A stretch of DNA of 24,000 bases. Source: Ornithinibacillus massiliensis (lineage in GTDB: Bacteria; Bacillota; Bacilli; Bacillales; Amphibacillaceae). The stretch spans positions 3,047-27,046 of the forward strand of contig NZ_JAGXBY010000008.1 in NCBI RefSeq assembly GCF_018310345.1. The letters run 5' to 3'. Position 1 is the stretch's first letter. Each line of letters opens with the position of its first letter. Shown in pieces: positions 8,422 to 15,992 of this stretch. The notes under the pieces were generated by a model. It was not told the DNA's origin. It worked only from the letters and a program-made list of their open reading frames with translations, and did no database searches. The position numbers and the translations under genes were made by a program.

Positions 8422-10332
8422 ATGGCAAAGTCAACCATTAAAGTAAAGGTTCAACAATTCGGTAACTTCCTAAGCTCTATGGTATTGCCAAACATAGGTG
8501 CATTTATTGCATGGGGACTAATTACCGCATTATTTATAGCAGATGGCTTCTTTCCAAATGAAAGCCTTGCCAAACTAGTCGATCCAATGGTCTTTTACTT
8601 ACTACCATTATTAATTGGTTATACAGGTGGTAAATTGATTCATGATCAACGAGGTGGTGTCGTAGGTGCAATTGCAACAATGGGAGTTATTGTGGGGGCA
8701 CCAGATACACCGATGTTTTTAGGAGCTATGATTATGGGACCACTTGGTGGTTTCGTAATTAAAAAGTTTGACCAGGCAATCGAAGGCAAAATCAAATCAG
8801 GATTTGAAATGCTAATCAATAACTTTTCAGCTGGAATTCTTGGTGGATTACTTGCAATTCTTTCATTTTTAGGTATCGGTCCAGCTGTAAACGGATTCAC
8901 ACAATTACTTGTTGGGGGAGTAGATTGGTTAATAGGTGTAGGTCTGTTACCATTAACTAGTATCTTCATCGAACCTGCAAAGATTCTATTCTTGAATAAT
9001 GCAATCAATCATGGAATCCTTTCTCCAATTGGTTTAGAACAAGCGAGATCTGTAGGACAATCCATTCTTTTCCTATTAGAAGCAAACCCAGGACCAGGTC
9101 TTGGTGTGTTATTAGCCTTTATGCTGTTTGGGAAAGGTACTGCAAAGCAATCAGCATCAGGGGCTGGAATCATTCATTTCTTTGGGGGTATTCATGAAAT
9201 ATACTTCCCATATGTATTGATGAAACCTATGCTGTTAATTTCCGTTATTCTAGGTGGTATGAGCGGTATTTTTACACTAGTAATATTAGGCGGAGGTCTA
9301 GCTGCTCCTGCTTCTCCAGGTAGTATCTTTGCTATAGCAGCTGTTACACCAGGGAATGCAAGTGTTTATTTTGCCAACTTTGCAGCAGTATTCGTAGCAA
9401 CAGCCGTTTCGTTTATTATTTCTTCATTTGTGTTAAAATCAAGTAAACAAGATGAGGATAATATTGAAGAGGCAACGAATAAAATGCAAGAAATGAAAGG
9501 GAAGAAAAGCTCTGTTGCAGGAGCATTGCAATCTAATTCAGGAACTCTTCCTGAAAAGGTAAATAAAATTGTTTTCGCTTGTGATGCTGGTATGGGATCA
9601 AGTGCAATGGGGGCTTCCTTGCTACGTAAAAAAGTAAAAGAAGCAAATCTAGATGTTACAGTTACCAATTCAGCTATTAGTAATTTAACCAATGACGCAC
9701 AAATCGTTATTACACAAAATGAGTTAACACCACGAGCTAAAAGTAAACTGCCAGAAGCCTATCATATTTCGGTAGATAACTTCTTATCAAGTCCAGAATA
9801 TGATAAGTTGATTGACCAATTACAAAATGGTGTCACAAAAGAGCAAACAGAATTAGTCGAAGAAACCGTAGCAGAGGTAACAGATGTAGATCATAATCAA
9901 GATAATGATGATTTATTACGAGAGGAAAATATTTTCCTAAATCAAGAATTTGCTACGAAGGAAGAGGCAATTCGTTTCGCCGGTGAAGTACTAGTGAAAG
10001 CTGGTTACGTTGAAGAAAGCTATGTGGATGCGATGATTGATCGTGAAAAGCTAACGTCAACGTATATGGGAAATAATGTTGCCATTCCACATGGTACTGA
10101 AGAGGCGAAAAAAGCTGTATTGCGTTCAGGATTTACCGTGCTTCAAGTTCCAAATGGGGTTGACTTTGATGGTCAAAAAGCAAAGCTAATCTTTGGAATA
10201 GCTGGTAAGGATGGTACACATTTAGATATTCTTTCTGGTATTGCTATTGTTTGCTCCGATGAGAAAAATGTTGAACAAATGGTACAAGCCAAAACAGCCA
10301 AAGAATTGTTAACAATTATTAATAGTAAATAA
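8422..10332 (+). CDS. mtlA: PTS mannitol-specific transporter, fused EIICBA
   Basis: N-terminus KVKVQQFGNFLSSMVLPNIGAFIAWG is typical of EIIC-Mtl. EIIB motif VFACDAGMGSSAMG (Cys codon 9580-9582). After an acidic linker comes an EIIA-Mtl domain with NNVAIPHGT (His codon 10090-10092). Start set at ATG 8422 (RBS AAAGGGAGAG), not 8404. Confidence 0.92.
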   Translation: MAKSTIKVKVQQFGNFLSSMVLPNIGAFIAWGLITALFIADGFFPNESLAKLVDPMVFYLLPLLIGYTGGKLIHDQRGGVVGAIATMGVIVGAPDTPMFLGAMIMGPLGGFVIKKFDQAIEGKIKSGFEMLINNFSAGILGGLLAILSFLGIGPAVNGFTQLLVGGVDWLIGVGLLPLTSIFIEPAKILFLNNAINHGILSPIGLEQARSVGQSILFLLEANPGPGLGVLLAFMLFGKGTAKQSASGAGIIHFFGGIHEIYFPYVLMKPMLLISVILGGMSGIFTLVILGGGLAAPASPGSIFAIAAVTPGNASVYFANFAAVFVATAVSFIISSFVLKSSKQDEDNIEEATNKMQEMKGKKSSVAGALQSNSGTLPEKVNKIVFACDAGMGSSAMGASLLRKKVKEANLDVTVTNSAISNLTNDAQIVITQNELTPRAKSKLPEAYHISVDNFLSSPEYDKLIDQLQNGVTKEQTELVEETVAEVTDVDHNQDNDDLLREENIFLNQEFATKEEAIRFAGEVLVKAGYVEESYVDAMIDREKLTSTYMGNNVAIPHGTEEAKKAVLRSGFTVLQVPNGVDFDGQKAKLIFGIAGKDGTHLDILSGIAIVCSDEKNVEQMVQAKTAKELLTIINSK

Positions 10333-10345
10333 AGTAGAAAATGAG

Positions 10346-10374
10346 TAGAAAGATGGTGAATAACTGTCTTTCTA
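10346..10374 (+). terminator. Weak hairpin between mtlA and mtlR (possible partial terminator/processing site)
   Basis: TAGAAAGA (10346-10353) / TCTTTCTA (10367-10374) with a 13-nt loop, followed by a U-rich but interrupted tract (TTCGTTATTTTCGTT). Confidence 0.3.
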
Positions 10375-10426
10375 TTCGTTATTTTCGTTCAGATACATCT
10401 CAATTAATTAGAAACGAGTGGGTAGA

Positions 10427-12508
10427 ATGTTTATTACGTCAAGAGAAAAATCGATCATTGATTTAGTAATGAAGACGTCAGGTAAGCACACACCACAATC
10501 ACTTGCTAGCTATCTCCATGTAAGTGTAAGAACGATACAGCGTGATTTAAAGGCTGTAGAAAACATCTTGAAATCTTTTGAATTACTATTAAAGCGGACA
10601 ACCAATGATGGATTAATGATAGAAGGAAAGAACGAACATATTTTTAAATTAATGCAGCAGCTTTATTATGTACATCCAACAGATGAAACACCTGAGGAAA
10701 AAAAGCTGCAGCTGTTAATTATTTTATTACATGAAGGATCGTTTTTTAAAATTAAGGTGTTAGCACATCAGCTAGGGGTGAGTGTGACAACTCTTGCATC
10801 CTACCTAGACGATTTAACCAACTGGCTAGATAAATTTACGATAGACTTGTCGAGAAAAAGAGGCGTTGGCGTTAGTATTACAGGAAATGAAGCAAATAAA
10901 CGGCGTGCTTTAGCAACCTATCTATTGTTTCATTTTCATGAAGAATTATTAGAAAGCTTATATATTCTGATGAAGGATATGGAATTAGAAGATTCTGTTC
11001 TTGGTTATTTTCCTCCTGACTATTTGATGATTATTGATGAGCTAGTGAATCGTATGTTTGAGAAAGGTAAGATGCGGTTAGCTGATAATGATTATTTAGG
11101 GCTTGTCGTTCACATTGCGATTACCCTTAAGCGAGTAGAGAGTAATTTTTTACTAGATGAACCAATAGGAGAAATAGAGGAAGAAGAAACAACAAATGCT
11201 TTTCAACTCATGGATCAGCTATGTGATGAGCTAAAATCTAAATTATCCATCCCATTAACCAAGAGAGATGTACAATATCTAGCAGTGATACTGAAAGGTT
11301 CTAAGCTGCAAGATTCAGATACAATTGCTTATGACCGCATTATGCTCGGACAAATTATTAAAAATATCATACAAGATGTATCTAGCCAATTACATGTGGA
11401 TTTAACACGGGATTTTTCATTGTTTCAGGGGTTATTTGCCCACATGGAACCTTCCATATTTCGCTTAAAACATCAAACAGGCTTGTTCAATCCGTTAACA
11501 GCCCAAATAAAGAAGAAATATCCTGTATTGTTTATGGCAGTTCGAAACAGTCTGGAGAAGGAAATTCCGGATATTAGCTTTCCCGATGATGAAGTTGCTT
11601 TTATCGTTCTTCACTTCGGTTCTGCCTTATTGATGAATGAAGAGAAGCCTACTATACATGGTGTGGTTGTCTGTCCTACAGGGATTGGTACATCTAAAAT
11701 GTTGGCTAGTCGTATTAAGAAGGAATTCCAGGAGATTAATACCATTGAAGTTAAAACAATTAAAGAAATGCAACAATCAAATGTAGACGAATTTGACATT
11801 ATTATTTCCACTGTTCGGCTTCCATTTGATGAGGTTCATTATATCCTTGTCTCCCCATTATTAAGTGATGAAGACATACAAATGATTCGCAGCTATTTAC
11901 AGAGTAATCTTCAACAACTAACAGGAAAAAAAGAGTATGTGAAAATTAGGGATAAAGAGATGAGACAGGAATCATCAAGCCTATTAGATGTTTTACAGGA
12001 AATGAAAGACGTTCAAACTGGTATAGAAGCAATTCTTAACAATTTGCGTATATATCGAAAGAGTATTCCAGACTATACATGCGTACTGAAAGAAATGGTA
12101 ATAGAGTTGGAACAAGAATCCTTAATTACAGATGCTGATGTCGTGTTTCAGAAGCTTTTAGACAGAGAAAAAATGGGAGGTCTTGGAATTCCGCATACGA
12201 ATATGGGGCTATTCCATTGTCGGGATGACAGTATACAAGAGCTTATCTTTCAAATATGTCATTTAGACTCTCCTTGTGTAATTAAGGGGATGGATGGAAA
12301 AGAAGTTACTTTGAAGCACTTATTGTTAATGCTATCTCCTGACAAACTTAGCTTAAAAGAACAAGAAATACTAAGTCTAATCAGCACAAGTTTAATTGAA
12401 ACGGATACAGCTTTGATGATCTATTCTTCCTCTAATGAAGAAATGATAAGAGGTAAATTAGAGGATTTATTTTCAACCTACCTACAAAATAAATGGATAA
12501 AGGAATGA
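10427..12508 (+). CDS. mtlR: PRD-containing transcriptional activator of the mannitol operon (HTH - Mga-like - PRD1 - PRD2 - EIIB(Gat)-like - EIIA(Mtl)-like)
   Basis: N-terminal HTH (SLASYLHVSVRTIQRDL) and a second HTH (LAHQLGVSVTTLASYL). PRD histidines (VVHIAITLKR, AFIVLHFG). EIIB-like VVVCPTGIGTSKMLASRI (Cys codon 11672-11674). EIIA-like GIPHTNMGLFHCR. It lies between mtlA and mtlD. Start preferred at ATG 10427. Confidence 0.9.
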   Translation: MFITSREKSIIDLVMKTSGKHTPQSLASYLHVSVRTIQRDLKAVENILKSFELLLKRTTNDGLMIEGKNEHIFKLMQQLYYVHPTDETPEEKKLQLLIILLHEGSFFKIKVLAHQLGVSVTTLASYLDDLTNWLDKFTIDLSRKRGVGVSITGNEANKRRALATYLLFHFHEELLESLYILMKDMELEDSVLGYFPPDYLMIIDELVNRMFEKGKMRLADNDYLGLVVHIAITLKRVESNFLLDEPIGEIEEEETTNAFQLMDQLCDELKSKLSIPLTKRDVQYLAVILKGSKLQDSDTIAYDRIMLGQIIKNIIQDVSSQLHVDLTRDFSLFQGLFAHMEPSIFRLKHQTGLFNPLTAQIKKKYPVLFMAVRNSLEKEIPDISFPDDEVAFIVLHFGSALLMNEEKPTIHGVVVCPTGIGTSKMLASRIKKEFQEINTIEVKTIKEMQQSNVDEFDIIISTVRLPFDEVHYILVSPLLSDEDIQMIRSYLQSNLQQLTGKKEYVKIRDKEMRQESSSLLDVLQEMKDVQTGIEAILNNLRIYRKSIPDYTCVLKEMVIELEQESLITDADVVFQKLLDREKMGGLGIPHTNMGLFHCRDDSIQELIFQICHLDSPCVIKGMDGKEVTLKHLLLMLSPDKLSLKEQEILSLISTSLIETDTALMIYSSSNEEMIRGKLEDLFSTYLQNKWIKE

Positions 12509-12513
12509 TAGAA

Positions 12514-13653
12514 ATGAAACAAGCAGTTCATTTTGGTGCAGGTAATATTGGTAGAGGATTTATTGGAGCCTTATTTTCCAATTCGGGATATCATGTAACC
12601 TTCGTAGATATTGCAGATCAAATTATTAATCAATTAAATGAACAAAAGAGCTATCAAGTAATTCTTGCAACAGATCAACAAGAAACAACTACAATAAACC
12701 ATGTCTCAGGACTGAACAATATGACACAGGAGCAAGAAGTCATCGAAGTTATCACGAATGCGACCTATTTAACGACTGCAATCGGTCCAAATATCTTACC
12801 GAGAATTGCACCGTTAATTGCACGTGGAATCTTGGAAAGAGTATACCAAACAGATGAGCCACTATATGTCATTGCATGTGAGAATCAAATTGGTGCTACA
12901 GATATTTTGAAAGAACATATCTTTGATAATCTTGATGAAGATACGAAAGAAAGGGTAGCTGGTAAAGTATTTTTCTTTAATTCTGCTGTTGACCGTATTG
13001 TTCCAATTCAAAAGAATAATACGTCACTTGATGTACTAGTGGAGCCATATTATGAGTGGGTTGTAGAAACAGAAGCTGTTATTCCACACGTAGAAGGCAT
13101 GACGACGGTTAAAGAGCTAGCTCCATTTATTGAAAGGAAACTATTTACGGTTAATACAGGACATGCTGTGATAGCTTATCTCGGTTACTTAAATGGAAAA
13201 TCAACGATTGATAAAACATTAGCCGATGAAGCAATCGTTAATCAAGTAGAAGCAACCTTAAAAGAGACCGGTGATTACTTAGTTAAACAGTATGGTTTAG
13301 ACAAAGAGGAACACGGTAAGTATATCCAAAAGATTATCGATCGATTTAAGAACTCGCATTTAAATGATGGTGTGACTAGAGTAGGACGTGCCCCTATTCG
13401 TAAGTTAGGGCCGGAAGATCGCCTAGTTCGTCCAGCAACAGAAGCACAAAAGGCCGGATTACCGTATACAAATTTAGCTAAAGCAATCGCTGCTGCGCTA
13501 TTATTTGATTATCAAGAGGACGAAGAAGCAGTCAAACTTCAAACGATGATTAAAGAAAGTGGAATTGCTAAAGTGTTATCAGAAGTTAGTAACTTACCAG
13601 AGGAAAGTGAAATTACCCAAGAAATTATGAAACAATATGATGCACTAAAATAA
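12514..13653 (+). CDS. mtlD: Mannitol-1-phosphate 5-dehydrogenase
   Basis: N-terminal Rossmann motif MKQAVHFGAGNIGRGFIG, identical in pattern to MtlD. Start at ATG 12514 (RBS AAAGGA), 6 nt after the mtlR stop. The track start at 12493 overlaps mtlR and lacks support. Confidence 0.92.
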   Translation: MKQAVHFGAGNIGRGFIGALFSNSGYHVTFVDIADQIINQLNEQKSYQVILATDQQETTTINHVSGLNNMTQEQEVIEVITNATYLTTAIGPNILPRIAPLIARGILERVYQTDEPLYVIACENQIGATDILKEHIFDNLDEDTKERVAGKVFFFNSAVDRIVPIQKNNTSLDVLVEPYYEWVVETEAVIPHVEGMTTVKELAPFIERKLFTVNTGHAVIAYLGYLNGKSTIDKTLADEAIVNQVEATLKETGDYLVKQYGLDKEEHGKYIQKIIDRFKNSHLNDGVTRVGRAPIRKLGPEDRLVRPATEAQKAGLPYTNLAKAIAAALLFDYQEDEEAVKLQTMIKESGIAKVLSEVSNLPEESEITQEIMKQYDALK

Positions 13654-13694
13654 TACTATACTCGGAATAATAGTAAGATAGGGTAGAGGCTGGG

Positions 13695-14030
13695 ACATAA
13701 CGAATAGAATTAAATGTAAAACCGAATGATACACGATACTAGCTCCGGAAATATACGTAGACTCCTGCGGGAGGAAAGGGCAAGGTTGAGACCCCTAAAG
13801 AAGTAGCACGAGGAGGCTCACCAGCCGCCCGGCGGTAAAGAAGACACTGTGAGGTTCTTTCGAGCAGATGTCGCACTTATACTGTGATAAAGTGTAAAGA
13901 AGACACTGTGAGGTTCTTTCGAGCAGATGTCGCCCCTGTACTGGAAGCAACCGCAAGTATATTTCCGGAGCGAGGTCGGTTGCTCATCATTCGGTTTTTC
14001 ATTAATGATTATTTTTTTGTCCCAGGCTCT
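13695..14030. repeat. Nested-palindromic, GC-enriched intergenic element (MITE-like or structured RNA) whose outer stem doubles as the mtlD terminator
   Basis: Three nested complementary arm pairs: 13695-13707/14018-14030 (12/13 bp), 13728-13740/13986-13998 (13/13), 13752-13766/13957-13971 (15/15). The core is visibly GC-rich. TTTT follows the outer stem. Confidence 0.7.
13835..13933 (+). repeat. Two identical 40-nt direct repeats (59-nt period) inside the element
   Basis: GTAAAGAAGACACTGTGAGGTTCTTTCGAGCAGATGTCGC occurs at 13835-13874 and again at 13894-13933 without a mismatch. Each unit contains the hairpin AAAGAA/TTCTTT. Confidence 0.9.
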
Positions 14031-14105
14031 TTTTATATAAATGGTTACATGGTATGGTAAAATATTATTTTAGGAAAAGGAAGGATAGTAAAAGGAGATT
14101 TTGAC

Positions 14106-14612
14106 ATGAAATTTATTGTCGGTTCGAAAAATCCAACAAAAGTAAATGCTGTATCAAGTATATTTCCAGACAATGAAGTAATTGGTATAGAGGTTCCTTC
14201 TCAAGTATCTAGTCAACCATTTTCCGATGAGGAAACACTAGAAGGCGCGGTCAACCGTGCAAAACAGTGTGCAAAAGTAGAAAATAACAGTGCTGGCATT
14301 GGATTAGAAGGTGGCGTAATGTATGTCGGTGACCAGCTTTATCTATGTAATTGGGGTGCGCTAGTTACGCCAACAGGGACTATATATACAGCTAGTGGTG
14401 CAAGGGTCCTATTACCAAAAGAAATGGAAAAACCGCTAAAGCAAGGGATAGAGCTTGGGGTAATTATGGATCAATATGCAAATAAAACTGGAGTATCTAA
14501 AAAAGAAGGTGCTATTGGTATATTTACTAATAATCAATTAACCCGCCAGGAAATGTTTGCCCAAGTCGTTACCTTACTTAAAGGTCAGTGGGAGTATTGG
14601 CAGAATAAATAG
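14106..14612 (+). CDS. yjjX: Non-canonical purine NTP phosphatase (inosine/xanthosine triphosphatase, YjjX/DUF84 family)
   Basis: MKFIVGSKNPTKVNAV...VPSQVSSQPFSDEETLEGAVNRAKQ matches the family pattern (N-terminal NP-K, QPF-x-EET-x-GA-x-NRA). Size is 168 aa. RBS AAAGGAG is 8 nt upstream. Confidence 0.65.
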   Translation: MKFIVGSKNPTKVNAVSSIFPDNEVIGIEVPSQVSSQPFSDEETLEGAVNRAKQCAKVENNSAGIGLEGGVMYVGDQLYLCNWGALVTPTGTIYTASGARVLLPKEMEKPLKQGIELGVIMDQYANKTGVSKKEGAIGIFTNNQLTRQEMFAQVVTLLKGQWEYWQNK

Positions 14613-14632
14613 GGGACTGCCCCTATTTATTC
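14603..14632. terminator. Perfect 13-bp hairpin shared by the convergent yjjX-like and ytoQ genes
   Basis: GAATAAATAGGGG (14603-14615), loop ACTG, CCCCTATTTATTC (14620-14632). The stop codons of both genes (TAG 14610-14612; TAA complement of 14627-14629) lie inside the stem. The arms are AT-rich, but there is no separate U-tract outside the stem. Confidence 0.55.
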
Positions 14633-15067
14633 ATAGATATATGCTAGAACTTCTATAGCTTGATCTATCGTTTCTACGGTTACATTGGCTTTGTTGGAAA
14701 GCTCTTTTAATGGATGAATTAGACTTTCTGGGCGAATAATAATAGTAGGCTTATTCATTGTAATTGCCGCACTTATGTCTATTGCCGTATTCCATTGTTT
14801 ATATTTTTCTCCAAATAAGGCAATAACGATATCTGCTTTTTGCAGTAAGACTTGCGTTCTAAAATTATTAATACTGGAGGCGGCATCATCTCTATACAGG
14901 TTGTTAGGCTGTTTTCCTAAAATATCCTCTCCAATATCATCCGAACGATCATGGTTTGTTTGTGGACCTACAAACTTTAAAGGTAGTTTCACTTCTCTCG
15001 CTTTGCTGACAATCTCTTCTCGCCAATTATCATGAATTTGCCCTGCTAAATATACGATAAGTTCCAT
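14627..15067 (-). CDS. ytoQ: YtoQ-family protein (nucleoside 2-deoxyribosyltransferase-like fold)
   Basis: N-terminus MELIVYLAGQIHDNWREEI matches my memory of the YtoQ family. Size is 146 aa. RBS GGAGG is upstream on the minus strand. Confidence 0.7.
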   Translation of the reverse strand: MELIVYLAGQIHDNWREEIVSKAREVKLPLKFVGPQTNHDRSDDIGEDILGKQPNNLYRDDAASSINNFRTQVLLQKADIVIALFGEKYKQWNTAIDISAAITMNKPTIIIRPESLIHPLKELSNKANVTVETIDQAIEVLAYIYE

Positions 15068-15152
15068 CTTTTTACCTCCATAATTTATTTATGTTAAGTT
15101 AATACTATCGGATTATAACTAGAAATAAAAGTGATACGACTAACGTTTCTAC

Positions 15153-15180
15153 TTGAAATATCTTGAATTAATAGTAAGAT
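15153..15180 (+). promoter_or_regulatory. Candidate sigma-A promoter for the 15226 gene
   Basis: TTGAAA (15153-15158), 16-nt spacer, TAAGAT (15175-15180). It lies ~45 nt upstream of the AGGAGG RBS. Confidence 0.4.
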
Positions 15181-15225
15181 AAGGGGTAGAGTGTTTGCAG
15201 GTCTATAGTAGGAGGAAACGGAAAC

Positions 15226-15738
15226 ATGCCGAAGATGACATATATCGTATGTATTATATTATCCGTATTCGTCATTGCCATAACTGTATTTAGTTTTCAA
15301 TCAGAAGAGTCAATTATTGCACAAGCCGGAGAAAAAGCAGAAGAAGTTTTCTACAGTGAAGATATTCCCGAGGATAATTATGAAGGAGAATATTTCTCTT
15401 TCTACTTACCAGCTAATATGAATGTAGAAGAAGTAGATATGTTTAATGCTATCGTACATGATGGGGACCAACCATTACTCGTCTTTTATAATACATTAGA
15501 AGATAACAAAAGCCAGCTGAATTATGAAGCTGCAAAAATAGAAGATGTAGCATTATTAGAATCCTTTTCAGGGAACGATAAATTCGGCTATATTCGCCTT
15601 CTTCCTGAAGATGAAAATATGGGATATGAATTACAGATAGGTGTTGGAGGAGTAAAATTAACAACATTTACAAGTAAAAATAAAGCAATCACGGATTCGG
15701 AAAACCTTATGAAAATAGCGCTATCTATTGTTGAATAG
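15226..15738 (+). CDS. Hypothetical N-terminally membrane-anchored protein with an acidic extracytoplasmic domain
   Basis: Strong RBS AGGAGG 10 nt upstream. One TM/signal-anchor segment (YIVCIILSVFVIAITVFSF), then a ~145-aa acidic domain. I recognise no motif. Confidence 0.6.
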   Translation: MPKMTYIVCIILSVFVIAITVFSFQSEESIIAQAGEKAEEVFYSEDIPEDNYEGEYFSFYLPANMNVEEVDMFNAIVHDGDQPLLVFYNTLEDNKSQLNYEAAKIEDVALLESFSGNDKFGYIRLLPEDENMGYELQIGVGGVKLTTFTSKNKAITDSENLMKIALSIVE

Positions 15739-15907
15739 ATAAAAGGCTGAGATATACTAGATGTTAAACTAAAAAATCCATACGATTAATTAACATTAGC
15801 TTCAGGCTTGTGTTCTAAAGCCTATCGTTACAAACTATAATCGATTGGATTTAATGCGTTTCAATTATCTACTATGTTTCAGTTTTTTTGTTCTTTAGGT
15901 GAAATAG

Positions 15908-15936
15908 TTGAACAGAAACCCAAACATAGCTATCAT
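15908..15936 (+). promoter_or_regulatory. Candidate sigma-A promoter of ytpQ-ytpR
   Basis: TTGAAC (15908-15913), 17-nt spacer, TATCAT (15931-15936). Confidence 0.35.
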
Positions 15937-15992
15937 AAGAAAGTAAAGGCAAAAGTAAGCCATTATGCCGATAAGTTATAGGAGGCTTTTTT

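Noticed and set aside
8646-9692. Antisense ORFs inside mtlA (8646-9008, 9366-9692). Likewise 2779-2967, 4888-5082, 7100-7309, 7345-7527, 11611-11811, 15449-15667, 17165-17353, 18475-18843, 20246-20545 and 21994-22215, each inside another CDS.
   Set aside because: They are fully embedded opposite strongly supported genes, have no RBS, and show odd composition (Cys/Pro/Ser-rich or low complexity). These are typical shadow ORFs.
13835-13933. Reading the two 40-nt direct repeats as a mini CRISPR array.
   Set aside because: There are only two copies, with a 19-nt 'spacer' and no cas genes. The repeats sit inside a larger palindromic element, so a tandem duplication is the better explanation.
13695-14030. 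Interpreting the long imperfect hairpin as 6S RNA, tmRNA, RNase P or SRP RNA.
   Set aside because: The length (~336 nt) and sequence do not match the Bacillus versions of these RNAs as I remember them, and no characteristic conserved boxes are present.
13927-14040. 37-codon ORF (MSPLYWKQPQVYFRSEVGCSSFGFSLMIIFLSQALFI) and a 9-codon ORF inside the palindromic element.
   Set aside because: There is no RBS, and the ORF runs through the stem arms and the terminator. This is the kind of spurious 'hypothetical protein' produced by translating repeat elements.
14121-14134. GGTTCGAAAAATCC resembling a tRNA T-arm.
   Set aside because: It lies in the first codons of the yjjX-like CDS, and no acceptor, D or anticodon arms can be built around it.
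14775-15035. 86-aa plus-strand ORF overlapping ytoQ.
   Set aside because: It is a shadow ORF opposite a family-recognisable gene and has no RBS.
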